DNA from: a bacterium
GTDB lineage: Bacteria; UBA8248
Assembly (NCBI GenBank): GCA_965219955.1
Contig: OZ244799.1
Span: 3,424,001-3,488,000, forward strand
Direction of reading: 5' to 3'
Length of the DNA: 64,000 nucleotides
The notes beneath the pieces are model-generated. The model was given only the letters and a program-made list of their open reading frames with translations, was not told the DNA's origin and did no database searches. Of the stretch, positions 9,664 through 20,151 are shown piece by piece (the first letter of the stretch is position 1; the number at the start of each line of letters is the position of its first letter). A program made the translations under genes and the position numbers.

Positions 9664-10656
9664 CTAGAACCGCACGGCCAGCTCATCCACCGCCTGGGTG
9701 GTGCGGGCGTCTTCATCCACCAGAAGCCACTCGGGCGTGGGCGTCTTCTTGAAGCTCTTCCCCGCCCTTAACACCGTGCCGTGCAACGGCGCTTCCATGG
9801 CGTCGGCCAGTTTTTCCGCGAGCCGGATGAGAGCATCCACGTCCACACCCGTCTCCACCTCCATCAGCCAGAGCATGTGGGCGAGATCTTCAGTGGAAAT
9901 GTTGCCCGAAGCGTTCGGCGCGAAGGGGCAACCCCCGATGCCGCCCAGAGAACCGTCCAAGACGTCCGCTCCCGCCTGCATCGAGGCCAGGGCGTTGGCG
10001 AGGCCCATGCCGCGCGTGTTGTGGAGGTGGACGACCAGGCCCTTCTCCGGCCAGCGCTTCTTGAGTTCGCTCACCATGCGGCTCATCCGCGCGGGGTCGC
10101 CCATGCCCATCGAATCGCACAGGAAAAACTCGTCCACGCCCAGCGCGTCGTATTTTTCGGCGATATCGTAGACCACCTCTTCGGCCACGCGTCCGGTGTA
10201 GGGACACCCCGTCGAAAGGCTGATCGCCCCGCTGAAGGGGATGCCCGCGCCCTTCACGATCTTGGAGATTTTGGCCATCTCCTCCAGGCTCTGCTTGACG
10301 GATCGGTTCACGTTCGCGCGGTTGTGCACGTCCGTGATGGAGATGACCTGCTGCACGCCGTCGCTCCCTGCGTCCACCGCCCGGCGCGCGCCGCGCTCAT
10401 TCGCGACGAGGCACTCATACAGCACGCCCGGCTTTCTCTCAATGCGGCGCATCACCTCGTCCGCGTCCGCCGTGGCGGGAACCGCCTTGGGGTTCATGAA
10501 GCTCGTGGCCTCGATGCGGCGGATGCCTGCGTCCGCCAGGCCCTCGATGATCTCGATCTTTAATTCGGTGGGCAGCACCTGCTTCAGGTTCTGGATGCCG
10601 TCGCGCATGACGACGTCGCGCACGAGAACGCTCGAAGGAAGCTGGGGGTTCGACAT
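9664..10656 (-). CDS. Hydroxymethylglutaryl-CoA lyase family protein
   Basis: RDGIQN, HLHNTRG, GGIGGCPFAPNASGN, STEDL motifs. Confidence 0.93.
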   Translation of the reverse strand: MSNPQLPSSVLVRDVVMRDGIQNLKQVLPTELKIEIIEGLADAGIRRIEATSFMNPKAVPATADADEVMRRIERKPGVLYECLVANERGARRAVDAGSDGVQQVISITDVHNRANVNRSVKQSLEEMAKISKIVKGAGIPFSGAISLSTGCPYTGRVAEEVVYDIAEKYDALGVDEFFLCDSMGMGDPARMSRMVSELKKRWPEKGLVVHLHNTRGMGLANALASMQAGADVLDGSLGGIGGCPFAPNASGNISTEDLAHMLWLMEVETGVDVDALIRLAEKLADAMEAPLHGTVLRAGKSFKKTPTPEWLLVDEDARTTQAVDELAVRF

Positions 10657-10681
10657 GGAAGGTATCCTCCCGCCGGGGGCG

Positions 10682-11611
10682 CTACTCGGCCAGACGCTTC
10701 ATTCTCGGGTCGAGCACGTCGCGCAGCCAGTCGCCCAGAAGGTTCACGCTCAACACCGTGAGCATGAGGATGAGGCCCGGGAAGAGCGCTATCCACCAGG
10801 CCGTGTCGAGGAAACTCCTGCCGTCGGCGAGCATTCCGCCCCACGTCGGCGTGGGAGGCGGCACGCCCAGCCCGAGGAAGGAGAGCGCCGATTCGATGAT
10901 GATCATCCGGCCCAGGTACAGGGTGGCGATGACGATGGTCGTGGAAGCCACGTTCGGGAAGAGATAGATGAACAGAATCCGTATCGTGCCGCAGCCGGTC
11001 GCCTTCGCTCCGGTGACGAACTCGTTCTCCTTGATGGAGAGGACCTCCGCGCGCACCACCCGCGCGTAGACGAGCCAGGTCCTGAGCGCGATGACCAGGA
11101 CGATGTTCTGGAGGCTAGGCCCCAGTATCGCCACCAGGCTGATGGCCAGCAGGATGAACGGGACGGCAAGGGCCGTATCGATGATGCGGCTGATGATGGT
11201 GTCGATCCAGCCCCCGAAATACCCCGCGACGATGCCGACCGTGATGCCGATGAGTCCGCTCACGATGACGGCGGCGATGCCGACGATGAGCGAGATGCGC
11301 GAGCCCCAGACGATGCGGCTCAGGATATCGCGGCCCTGCTGGTCGGTGCCGAGCCAGTAGGTATCTCCCGCCTTGTCCACGTAGCCGGGCGCCTTGAGGT
11401 AGCGCCCCAGGTCCTGGGAGAGCGGGTCCAGCGGGGAGAACAACTCGGGCACGAGGGCGAAGATGATGACGAGCGCGACGAAGAACGCGCCGAATATCGC
11501 CGGCGGCCTGCGTCTGAGTTCCTGCATGGCGAGTTGAAAATCGCTCGGCCCGCGTTCCATGTCCTCATCGATTTCGATGTTGAGCGTCGCCGCCCTGTCG
11601 TCGACAACCAT
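10682..11611 (-). CDS. Peptide/nickel ABC permease (DppC-like)
   Basis: LGTDQQGRD, ESALSFLGLG, GDWLRDVLDP. Confidence 0.93.
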   Translation of the reverse strand: MVVDDRAATLNIEIDEDMERGPSDFQLAMQELRRRPPAIFGAFFVALVIIFALVPELFSPLDPLSQDLGRYLKAPGYVDKAGDTYWLGTDQQGRDILSRIVWGSRISLIVGIAAVIVSGLIGITVGIVAGYFGGWIDTIISRIIDTALAVPFILLAISLVAILGPSLQNIVLVIALRTWLVYARVVRAEVLSIKENEFVTGAKATGCGTIRILFIYLFPNVASTTIVIATLYLGRMIIIESALSFLGLGVPPPTPTWGGMLADGRSFLDTAWWIALFPGLILMLTVLSVNLLGDWLRDVLDPRMKRLAE

Positions 11612-11627
11612 CGTGCGCCCTTGCCCC

Positions 11628-12647
11628 TTAGCTATAGGAAATTCTCGGGTCGAGCCATGCGTACAGGATGTCGACCACGAGATTCACGAAAACGAAAACG
11701 AACGCCAGAAGCGCCACCGCCGCCTGGACGATAGGGTAGTCCTGGTTGTTGATGGCGTCCACCACCAGAAAGCCCACGCCCGGCCACGCGAAGACGGCTT
11801 CGGTCACCACCGTGCCGCCGAGCAGAATGCCGAGTTCGAAACCCACCAGGGTGACGACGGGGATGGATGCGTTCTTGAGCGCGTGGCGCACCACCACGAG
11901 CCACTCCACGATCCCCTTCGAGCGCGCCGTGCGCACGTAGTCCATCCCCAGCACGTCGAGCATCTGGGAGCGCACGAGGCGCGTGATGCGCGCGGTGGCG
12001 TACAGCCCCGCCGTGATCGACGGCAGGATGATGTAATACCAGGCGTCGTAACCCGACGTGGGCAGCCAGCCCAGGTACACGGCGAAGAATATGATGAGCA
12101 GAAGCCCGAGCCAGAAGTTCGGCATCGACTGGCCGAACATCGCCCCGACCGAACTGGTGTAGTCGATCCACGTGTTGCGGAAAGTCGCCGACAGGACCCC
12201 GGCGGGTATGGAGATCACCACGGCGATCAGGACCGCCACCAGGGCGAGGAGAACGGTGTTGGGAAAATGCTCGAGCACGAGGCCCATCGCCGGGATTTCA
12301 TGGCGGTAGGAAAAGCCGAAATCCCCTCGAATCACGCCCTTGGTCCTCACGATCTTGGGCGCGTCGGGGTCGCGTTCGAGTTCATCGACTTTCTCTTTCT
12401 CTCGTTCGGCGCCGAGCAAGTCGTCCACCAGGTCCGAGCCCAGTATGAACTTGGCGAACTGGATCGGTATGGGCTGGTCGAAGCCCATCTCCTTGCTGAA
12501 GGCCTGGATGTCCTCTTCGGTGGAATCGAGCGGCATGAGGACCGCCGCGGGGTTTCCCGTGATCTGGAGCATCGAGAACACGAGGATCAGTATCGCCCCG
12601 AATACGATGAAGCTTTGCAGGCAGCGCCTGATGATATAAGTGCGCAT
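11628..12647 (-). CDS. Peptide/nickel ABC permease (DppB-like)
   Basis: GDFGFS, DYVRTARSKG, HALKN, VFAWPGVG, LDPRI. Confidence 0.93.
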   Translation of the reverse strand: MRTYIIRRCLQSFIVFGAILILVFSMLQITGNPAAVLMPLDSTEEDIQAFSKEMGFDQPIPIQFAKFILGSDLVDDLLGAEREKEKVDELERDPDAPKIVRTKGVIRGDFGFSYRHEIPAMGLVLEHFPNTVLLALVAVLIAVVISIPAGVLSATFRNTWIDYTSSVGAMFGQSMPNFWLGLLLIIFFAVYLGWLPTSGYDAWYYIILPSITAGLYATARITRLVRSQMLDVLGMDYVRTARSKGIVEWLVVVRHALKNASIPVVTLVGFELGILLGGTVVTEAVFAWPGVGFLVVDAINNQDYPIVQAAVALLAFVFVFVNLVVDILYAWLDPRISYS

Positions 12648-12805
12648 GGTGAAACCCTTGACGAAAAACAATTGAAAACAAAAACGCAATGTGTGCTTGA
12701 AAGATCATTTATCCCCTTCTTTCGGCGGCTCGTCAAGAGCCGTGGCGCATGCGCGCAACCTGAAACCTCTCAAATCTCCATGCGCCGGGCGGCTCCCCGC
12801 TTCAT

Positions 12806-13186
12806 GGGGTTGTTGAAAAAGTCCGAGGAGAGAGGAATCACTCCCCCTGAGAGGGGTTGTTGAAAAACCTTCTCGGTTGGAATTGACGAGGCATTTCGTT
12901 CGCGCCTGGATTCGGGCGTCGTTACGGAGACGGCTGATGCGGTTCACCACGAAGCCGTCATTCCGGCGAAAGCCGGAATCCATTTTGACTTTTCACCGGG
13001 CCGGGCGGCGGCGAGCTTGTTGTTGCGCGGCGTTGGGATGCGGAATCCAGAGGATTTGCCTTTTGTTTTTGTGCCCGATTCTGATCCTGCCCAAAAGGAG
13101 GCGAAAAGGCAAAGGCGAAAATGGATTCCGGCTTTCGCCGGAATGACGGTGGTTTTCCCACATCGAGGGACTTTTTCAACAGCCCC
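12806..13186. mobile_element. Nested MITE-like element carrying a gtcattccggc inverted pair
   Basis: Two ggggttgttgaaaaa left ends (12806, 12853), right end tttttcaacagcccc; inner pair at 12957-12981 and 13123-13147; reverse homolog at 36501-36808. Confidence 0.75.
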
Positions 13187-13306
13187 CTGCGGCGGCGTCC
13201 CCTTCATGGACAGACCGCGCTTTCGTTCTGTAGGATGCGGAGATTGCGATGCGCTTCCCCTGATACATGCGCGATTCTTTGCTTTCATCACCGAAAGGAG
13301 ACGTCC

Positions 13307-14290
13307 ATGAAACTCGCCACCTACAGAAACCTCTCGCCGGGCGCCACCGGAGACCGCTTGGGCGCCGTCCTGAAAGACGGGAGAATGCTCGACCTGCGCC
13401 TCGCCTACGCGAGCCATCTCGCGGAAACAGAGGGCGAAGGACGTCCCTACGCCATGGCGAACGCGCGGATTCCCCGGGACATGCGCGAATTTCTCTGCGG
13501 GGGCGAACCGGCGATGGCGGCGGCGGGCGCGGCGTTTGGACATGCGGAGGCCATTATCGCCTCCGGCGGAGAGCCCGCGGGGCCGGATGGCGAACTCGCC
13601 GTCCTGAAAGACCGGCACGTGCGCCTGAGGGCGCCGATCCCCCGTCCCGGCAAGTTCTTCCACACAGGCCTCAACTCGAACAAGCACGTCGCGAACACGG
13701 GCCATGCGGTTCCCGAGAACGTGCCGGGCGCGCCGCGCTTCGACTCCTCGCTCGTCGGCCACGAGGAACCCGTGCTCTATCCCAGGCAGACCAGGATGCT
13801 GGATTACGAGGTGGAGGTCGGCTTCATCATCGGCAAATACTGCAAGGACGTGAAGCCCGAGAACGCCTTCGACGCCATCATGGGCTATACGGTCTACAAC
13901 GACCTCACGGCGCGCGAGGTACAGCGCTCCGCCGCTTTGGGCGGCGTGTTCCTGGGCAAGAACTTCGACACCACCAACCCCATCGGCCCCTACATCGTCA
14001 CGGCGGACGAGGTGCCGAACCCCGAATCGCTTCGCGTGCAATGCCGGGTGAACGGCGTGACGCGCCAGGACGAACTGCTGACCGACATGATCTTCAAGAT
14101 ACCCGAGCTCATCGCCTTCTACAGCCAGATGTCTCTGGCGCCGGGCGACATCATCTCATCGGGCACGTTCTGCGGCGTGGCCCTGGAGCAGGCAGATCCG
14201 GAACCCTTCCTCCTGAAGCCGGGAGACGTGGTGGAATGCGAGGTCGAGCACGTGGGGGTATTGAGAAACCCCATCGTCGCCCAGGACTAG
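13307..14290 (+). CDS. Fumarylacetoacetate hydrolase family protein
   Basis: LDYEVEVG, YNDLTAR, GKNFDT, SSGT; AGGAG RBS. Confidence 0.92.
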   Translation: MKLATYRNLSPGATGDRLGAVLKDGRMLDLRLAYASHLAETEGEGRPYAMANARIPRDMREFLCGGEPAMAAAGAAFGHAEAIIASGGEPAGPDGELAVLKDRHVRLRAPIPRPGKFFHTGLNSNKHVANTGHAVPENVPGAPRFDSSLVGHEEPVLYPRQTRMLDYEVEVGFIIGKYCKDVKPENAFDAIMGYTVYNDLTAREVQRSAALGGVFLGKNFDTTNPIGPYIVTADEVPNPESLRVQCRVNGVTRQDELLTDMIFKIPELIAFYSQMSLAPGDIISSGTFCGVALEQADPEPFLLKPGDVVECEVEHVGVLRNPIVAQD

Positions 14291-14292
14291 AT

Positions 14293-14487
14293 GGGGTTGT
14301 TGAAAAAGTCCTGCTTGCGATCCCCGTAAACCGCCAACGCCTCTTTCCTCACCCTGAGTAGCCGCCGAAGGCGGCGTATCGAAGGGCGCGGGGAGTCGAA
14401 CGCCTCGCTCCGGGCGAGAGGGCATCCTTCGATACGCGGCTTCGCCGCTACTCAGGATGAGGCGGAGAGGAGTTTTTCAACAGCCCC
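14293..14487. mobile_element. Intact 195-bp MITE-like element with REP-like cargo
   Basis: ggggttgttgaaaaa...tttttcaacagcccc flanked by exact TAGAT repeats (14288-14292, 14488-14492); reverse copy at 58293-58478. Confidence 0.85.
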
Positions 14488-14491
14488 TAGA

Positions 14492-15475
14492 TCAGGCGGC
14501 GACGCCTAAAGTTTTTCGGACCGCCGCGATGACTTTCTCCGTGCTGGGGAGCACGAATTTCTCGAGTTTCGTCTGAACGGGAATCGGCGCCATGAGCGCG
14601 GCCACGCGGCCGATGGGCGCGTCGAGGTATTCGAACACCGCCTCCTGAATGGCGGCGGAAATCTCGGCCCCCACGCCGCTCCTCAGGTGGCCCTCTTCCA
14701 CGATGACGCAGCGGCTCGTCTTGCGAACGGAGGCCGTGATGGTCTCCACGTCCAGGGGCGAGAGCGAACGCGGGTCGATGACCTCGCACTCGATTCCCTC
14801 TTCCGCCAGCGCCTCCGCCGCTTCGAGGCAATGGCCCATCTGATAGCCGATTCCCACGATGGTGGCGTCCGCACCCGCCCGCTTCACGTCGGCCACCCCG
14901 ATGGGCGTGGTGTAATCGCCCTCGGGAACGTTTTGCTTCGTCTTCTGCGCGTAGAGCAGCCTGTGCTCGATGAACATGACCGGGTTGTCGTCGCGAACGG
15001 CGGCCTTGAGCAGCCCCTTGGCGTCGGGCGCGCAACTCGGGTAGAGGACTTTCAGGCCCGGCACCTGCATGAACCACGCTTCGAGCGACTGGCCATGCGT
15101 CGCGCCGTACTGAAGGCCCGCGCCGCTGGGTATCCGCGCCACCATGGGAACCGAAAGCTGCCCACCCAGCATGTAGCGCAGCTTCGCCGCCTGGTTCACG
15201 ATGGGGTCGAGCGCGTAGGTGGTGAAATCCATGAAGCGCAAGTCCACGATGGGCCGATAACCCGCCATCGCCGCGCCTACGCCCGCGCCCGTGAAGCCGA
15301 GTTCGCAGATGGGCGTGTCGCGCACCCGGTCGCGGCCGAAGCGATCGGCCAGCCCCGAGCACACGCCGAAATAATCGAACGCCACGTCCTCGCCCATGAG
15401 GAACACCTTCTCATCGCGCTCCATCTCCTCATGGAGCGCCTGGTTCAGGGCTTCGACATAGGTGAGTTCTGGCAT
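14492..15475 (-). CDS. TPP-dependent 2-oxoacid/acetoin dehydrogenase E1 beta subunit (copy 2)
   Basis: MGEDV, DTPICELGF, NQAAKLRYM, EVIDPRSL. Confidence 0.93.
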   Translation of the reverse strand: MPELTYVEALNQALHEEMERDEKVFLMGEDVAFDYFGVCSGLADRFGRDRVRDTPICELGFTGAGVGAAMAGYRPIVDLRFMDFTTYALDPIVNQAAKLRYMLGGQLSVPMVARIPSGAGLQYGATHGQSLEAWFMQVPGLKVLYPSCAPDAKGLLKAAVRDDNPVMFIEHRLLYAQKTKQNVPEGDYTTPIGVADVKRAGADATIVGIGYQMGHCLEAAEALAEEGIECEVIDPRSLSPLDVETITASVRKTSRCVIVEEGHLRSGVGAEISAAIQEAVFEYLDAPIGRVAALMAPIPVQTKLEKFVLPSTEKVIAAVRKTLGVAA

Positions 15476-15486
15476 CCCGGATTCCC

Positions 15487-16455
15487 TTAAGCGAAGATGT
15501 CCTCGAGCGCCACGCTCTCTTCCGGCTCGGGACTGCTCTCCGCAAAATCGATAGCTTCTCGTATCTCCGCCTCCACCGCGTCGGCATGCGCCTTCTTTTG
15601 CTTCGCCGTCATCTTGAGCATCTTCTCGCACACGATGAGGGGGTCTCTCCCTTTCCAGCCCTCCCATTCCTCTTTCGTGCGGTACATGCCGTAGTGCGGG
15701 TCGCCGCGGGAGTGGCCGAAGAACCGGTACGTCTTCGCCTCGACGAGGCTCGGCCCCAAGCCGCGCCGCGCGTGGGCCACGGCCTCGCGGCTCGCCTCAT
15801 ACACCGCCGCCACGTCCATGCCGTCCACCGTCAGGCCGGGGGCGTCGTAGCCCTTCGAGCGCACGCTGATGTCGTCCACCGAGGTGGAATACTCCGCCGG
15901 CACGCTGACGGCGTACTGGTTGTTCTCGCAGAAAAACACCACCGGCAGCTTCCAGATGGCGCACAGGTTCATCGCCTCGTGAAACGCGCCGTTGTTCGAG
16001 GCCCCGTCGCCGAAGAAGACCACCGCCACCCGGTCTTTCCCCTCGAGCTGATACGCGAGGCCGATGCCCGCCGCCATCGGCATGTTCGCGCCCACGATGG
16101 AATGAGCACCATAGTGGCCCTTCGAGACGTCGGCGATGTGCATCGAGCCGCCCTTGGAGCGGCACAGGCCGGTCACCTTCCCCATCAGTTCGGCCAGCAT
16201 CTCGGGCAGGCGCGTTCCCTTGGCGATGGAGTGGCCGTGGCCCCGGTGGGTGGTGAGCACGGCGTCGTCTTCCCGCAAGGCCGCGCACACGCCGGCGGAA
16301 CACGCCTCCTGGCCGATGCTCACGTGCACGCCGCCCACCACCTTGCCCGCCATGTAGAGATCGTCCGCCGTCTCCTCGAAGCGGCGGATCCGGAGCATGG
16401 TGCGATACATCTCGTTCATACGTTTTCGGGACAACCCGGAATTCGATTTCGCCAA
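15487..16455 (-). CDS. TPP-dependent 2-oxoacid/acetoin dehydrogenase E1 alpha subunit (copy 2)
   Basis: HVSIGQEA, THRGHGH, KGGSMH, GDGA...ENNQY, YRFFGHS; TTG start inferred. Confidence 0.93.
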   Translation of the reverse strand: MAKSNSGLSRKRMNEMYRTMLRIRRFEETADDLYMAGKVVGGVHVSIGQEACSAGVCAALREDDAVLTTHRGHGHSIAKGTRLPEMLAELMGKVTGLCRSKGGSMHIADVSKGHYGAHSIVGANMPMAAGIGLAYQLEGKDRVAVVFFGDGASNNGAFHEAMNLCAIWKLPVVFFCENNQYAVSVPAEYSTSVDDISVRSKGYDAPGLTVDGMDVAAVYEASREAVAHARRGLGPSLVEAKTYRFFGHSRGDPHYGMYRTKEEWEGWKGRDPLIVCEKMLKMTAKQKKAHADAVEAEIREAIDFAESSPEPEESVALEDIFA

Positions 16456-16465
16456 GACAGGGCCT

Positions 16466-17437
16466 CTATGAAAGCAGCTTCTTCGCCGCCGCCACGATCT
16501 TCTCCGTGCTGGGCAGGACGATGGCTTCGAGTTTCGTGTGAACGGGCACGGGCACGTCGAGGGCCGCCACGCGGGCGATGGGCGCCTTGAGCGCGCCGAA
16601 GGCCGCCTCCTGAACCGATGCGGCAATCTCGGCGCCCACGCCGCCGCTTTTATGCCCCTCCTCCGCGACGACGCAGCGGCCCGTTTTCCGCACAGACCCT
16701 GCAAGCCCCTCCACGTCCAGGGGATTGATGGTCCTGGGGTCCACCACCTCGGCGTCGACCCCCTCCCCGGCGAGCAACTCCGCGGCTTCCAGGCAACTAA
16801 GCGCCTGGCTTCCGATTCCGATGAGGGTGATGTCGCTGCCCTCTCGTTTCACCGCCGCCTTCCCGATGGGCTCGGTATGATCGCCCTCCGGCACGGGACC
16901 TTCCAGGGAGTAGAGCGCGCGGTACTCCACGAACAGGACGGGGTTGTCCTCCCTGATGGCGGACTTCAGGAGTCCCTTCACATCCGCCGGGTCGCTCGGC
17001 ACGATGACGCGCAGGCCCGGCACCTGGATGAACCAGGCTTCCAGGCACTGGCTGTGCGTGGGGCCGTTCTGGGAGTAGCCGCCCTCGGGCGCACGGATGA
17101 CCAGCGGCACGCTCACCTGCCCGCCGAGCATGTAGCGCAGCTTGGCCGCCTGGTTCGCGATGGGGTCGATGGCCAGCATCATGAAGTCGATGCGCCGCAT
17201 GTCGAGCACGGGCCGGTAGCCCGCCATCGCGGCGCCTACGGCCGCGCCGGTGAAGCCGAGTTCGCTGATGGGCGTGTTGCGCACCCGCTCGTGGCCGAAC
17301 CTGTCGCCCAGGCCCGCCGTGGCGGGCGAGATGGCGGAGAGCGCGACATCCTCACCCATCAGGAACACTTTTTCATCGCGCGCCATTTCCTCATGGAGCG
17401 CCTCGTTGATCGCCGTCGAATATGAAATAGTCCGCAT
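16466..17437 (-). CDS. TPP-dependent dehydrogenase E1 beta subunit (copy 1)
   Basis: MGEDV, NTPISELGF, NQAAKLRYM, THSQ. Confidence 0.93.
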   Translation of the reverse strand: MRTISYSTAINEALHEEMARDEKVFLMGEDVALSAISPATAGLGDRFGHERVRNTPISELGFTGAAVGAAMAGYRPVLDMRRIDFMMLAIDPIANQAAKLRYMLGGQVSVPLVIRAPEGGYSQNGPTHSQCLEAWFIQVPGLRVIVPSDPADVKGLLKSAIREDNPVLFVEYRALYSLEGPVPEGDHTEPIGKAAVKREGSDITLIGIGSQALSCLEAAELLAGEGVDAEVVDPRTINPLDVEGLAGSVRKTGRCVVAEEGHKSGGVGAEIAASVQEAAFGALKAPIARVAALDVPVPVHTKLEAIVLPSTEKIVAAAKKLLS

Positions 17438-17444
17438 CTTCCCC

Positions 17445-18413
17445 TCAGGCATATAAATCCTCATACACGTCGTCCGGTTCGGGTTCGGGGCTTTGCCGCG
17501 CGAAGGCGAGCGCATCCCGCAATTCGTTTTCCACCGCTTCCCCGTGCGCTTTTTTCTGGGCCTCGCTCACGCCGAGAATTTCCTCCGCCACGAGCAGGGG
17601 GTCTTTCGCCTTCCACTCGTTCCACTCATCTTCCGTCCGGTACGGCCCGAACTGCGGGTCTTTTCTCGAGTGGCCGAAATACCGGTAGGTTTTCGCCTCG
17701 ATCAGGCTGGGGCCCAGGCCCCGCCTTGCGCGGTCCACGGCCTCGACCATCACCTCATGGACCGCCAGCACGTCCATGCCGTCCACCGTCACGCCGGGGA
17801 TGTCGTATCCTCCTGCCCGCGCGCTGATGTCCGCCACCGAGGTGGCGTAGCCCACCCGCGTGCTCGAGGCGAAATGGTTGTTCTCGCAAAAGAAGATGAC
17901 GGGAAGCTTCCAGATCGACGCCAGATTCACCGACTCGTGGAAGCTGCCCTCGTTCGCGGCGCCGTCGCCGAAGAAGACGACCGCCACCTGGCCTTTTCCC
18001 TCGAAATGAAAGGCGAGGCCGATGCCCACCGCCATGGGCATGTTCGAGCCCACGATGGAATGCGCCCCGTAGTGGCCCTTCGACACGTCGGCGATGTGCA
18101 TGGAGCCGCCCTTGGCGTGGCAAAGCCCCGTGGCCTTGCCCAGGAGTTCCGCCATCATCTCGGGCAGGCGCGTCCCCTTGGCGATGGAGTGGCCGTGGCC
18201 CCGGTGGGTGGTGAGAATCGCATCGTCTTCCCGGAGCGTGCTGCACGCGCCGACCGAGCAGCCCTCCTGGCCGATGCTCACGTGGATGCCGCCCACGACC
18301 TCGCCTTGTTCGAACAACTCGAACGCCGTCTCCTCGAACCTTCGTATGCGCAGCATGTCGCGGTACATCACCTGCATGCGCTCATCGCCCAAGGGCGCTT
18401 TTTCTTCAGCCAA
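17445..18413 (-). CDS. TPP-dependent dehydrogenase E1 alpha subunit (copy 1)
   Basis: HVSIGQEG, THRGHGH, KGGSMH, GDGA...ENNHF, YRYFGHS. Confidence 0.93.
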   Translation of the reverse strand: MAEEKAPLGDERMQVMYRDMLRIRRFEETAFELFEQGEVVGGIHVSIGQEGCSVGACSTLREDDAILTTHRGHGHSIAKGTRLPEMMAELLGKATGLCHAKGGSMHIADVSKGHYGAHSIVGSNMPMAVGIGLAFHFEGKGQVAVVFFGDGAANEGSFHESVNLASIWKLPVIFFCENNHFASSTRVGYATSVADISARAGGYDIPGVTVDGMDVLAVHEVMVEAVDRARRGLGPSLIEAKTYRYFGHSRKDPQFGPYRTEDEWNEWKAKDPLLVAEEILGVSEAQKKAHGEAVENELRDALAFARQSPEPEPDDVYEDLYA

Positions 18414-18497
18414 AAGGTGTTCTCCTTCACGCGGGAGGATGGGTTTTCTCGTTTGGAGATGTCAAGATTCTCACAAATCACCCTATCGGGCCAGCCC

Positions 18498-18905
18498 TCA
18501 GCCGGATTTCGCCTTTTCCTCTTCGGCCTGCTCGTCGGCGATGCGCTTGAGCGCGTAGAGACCCTCCATCAGCACGGGGGCGCCGCCGCCGATGCTCGCC
18601 ACCTCGAACGCCTCGAGCGCCTCTTCCATCGTCGCGCCCAGGCGCAGGGCCTTTTTCGTGTGGGTGTAGACCTCGTGCTTCATGCCCTTGAAGGCGAGCA
18701 GGCCGATTTCGATGAGTTCGCGCGTCTTGGGGTCCAGATGGCGCGGCTTTTCTTTGAAGAACCCCCAGTGCATCTGCGAGTAGATCTCGAAATAATCCGG
18801 GTCCAGTTGCGCGCCGAAGCCGAGCACGTCGTACACGAACCCCCTGTCTCCATGAATCTTCTCCGTGATGCGCTTTACCTTTTCTTCTCTCGTTTCTTCC
18901 GCCAT
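18498..18905 (-). CDS. Carboxymuconolactone decarboxylase/AhpD-like protein
   Basis: LDPKTRELI...HTKKALRLGATMEE. Confidence 0.85.
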   Translation of the reverse strand: MAEETREEKVKRITEKIHGDRGFVYDVLGFGAQLDPDYFEIYSQMHWGFFKEKPRHLDPKTRELIEIGLLAFKGMKHEVYTHTKKALRLGATMEEALEAFEVASIGGGAPVLMEGLYALKRIADEQAEEEKAKSG

Positions 18906-18978
18906 GTTCTTCTCCTTATGCGAACAAGATAAAGGCGGAGGTCTCCGAGTCAGGAAACCCCCGCCTGAAAAAGCGGTC

Positions 18979-20151
18979 CTACGCCGTACCGAACCTGTCC
19001 ATCCACCAGTCCGCTATCCAGTCCCCGCACATCGGCAGGTTGTCGAACACGCAGTGCTGGCTGCCGCCGTCCTCGACGGTGAAGATTTTCAGTTCCTTCT
19101 CCCCGGAGCCGCACGCCTCATAGAGCCTGTGGGCCATATCGACCGGCACGATGTTGTCGTCCTGCCCGTGGGTGATGCAGATGGGCATGCGTATCTTCTC
19201 GGCGACGCCCGCCAGGGTGTAGGCCCTGCATTTTTCCATCGCGGAATCCATGTCCGGCGTCCCGAGCACCCAGGGCAGCTGCCACATGGCCGAGGAGGAG
19301 ATGGTGCCGCCGCTTTCGAGCACCTTTCTCCTGTGCACCCAGACCTCGTGGTAGTCGAAATGCGCCCCCCAGGTGAGGCACGCCGCATAGCGGTGCTCGA
19401 AGGCGGCGATGCGCGGCGCGTAATATCCGCCCATGCTCATGGCCATCAGGCCGATGCGCGCGGAATCCACCTCGGGTCGCGCGTCCAGAAAATCGAACGC
19501 GGCTGTTCCCGCCACCTCGTAATCCGGGCGGCTCGGTATCTTCCCGAGCCTGAGCGTCTCGCCCTGGCCGGGGCCGTCCACGCAGAGCACCCCGACGCCG
19601 CGCTCTATGAGAGCCAGCGCGCCCCACAAGACGGTGATCTCCTTGGAGCCGTCCAGCCCGTCGAAAAATGCGACGTACGGATCATTGCCCGTCGGGTTCT
19701 TGGGCGGAAGGAGGTACGCCGCCAGCGGGCCTTCCTCGTAGGGAACGTCGGCGCGCTCGAATCCGGGCACGCGGTATTTCATCCCCTTCTCGTAGTGGGG
19801 CAGGAGCTTTCTGTAGGATTCGGACTTTCTCGGGTCGTCGGGGTGGACGAAGCGCTCGCTCGCGTAGCGGTAAATCGCGCTCCGCACGTAGGCCGCCATG
19901 GCGGTGCGCTCGTGGCCCTTTCGCTCCTCGTTCTCCGCGCGGGCGAGCGTCTTGTCCGACATCCAGGACCAGGCGTCGTGCCAGGCTTCGGCGTCGCCCG
20001 CCCGTCCGCTCAGGCGTTTTCCGATCTGATCAATTTCGTGGAAGTTCGAGCCCCCCACCGCGGCGATGTTGATTTGGCCGCTCATCAACTGCGACCAGAG
20101 ATAGTGCTCCGGGAAATAACGAAACCACGAGCCGATAATGTTCTCCGACAT
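18979..20151 (-). CDS. Alpha/beta hydrolase (FrsA / 2,6-dihydroxypseudooxynicotine hydrolase-like)
   Basis: DGLDGSKE, DGPGQGE, nucleophile elbow MSMGGYYAPR, HGQDD, C-terminal His. Confidence 0.85.
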   Translation of the reverse strand: MSENIIGSWFRYFPEHYLWSQLMSGQINIAAVGGSNFHEIDQIGKRLSGRAGDAEAWHDAWSWMSDKTLARAENEERKGHERTAMAAYVRSAIYRYASERFVHPDDPRKSESYRKLLPHYEKGMKYRVPGFERADVPYEEGPLAAYLLPPKNPTGNDPYVAFFDGLDGSKEITVLWGALALIERGVGVLCVDGPGQGETLRLGKIPSRPDYEVAGTAAFDFLDARPEVDSARIGLMAMSMGGYYAPRIAAFEHRYAACLTWGAHFDYHEVWVHRRKVLESGGTISSSAMWQLPWVLGTPDMDSAMEKCRAYTLAGVAEKIRMPICITHGQDDNIVPVDMAHRLYEACGSGEKELKIFTVEDGGSQHCVFDNLPMCGDWIADWWMDRFGTA

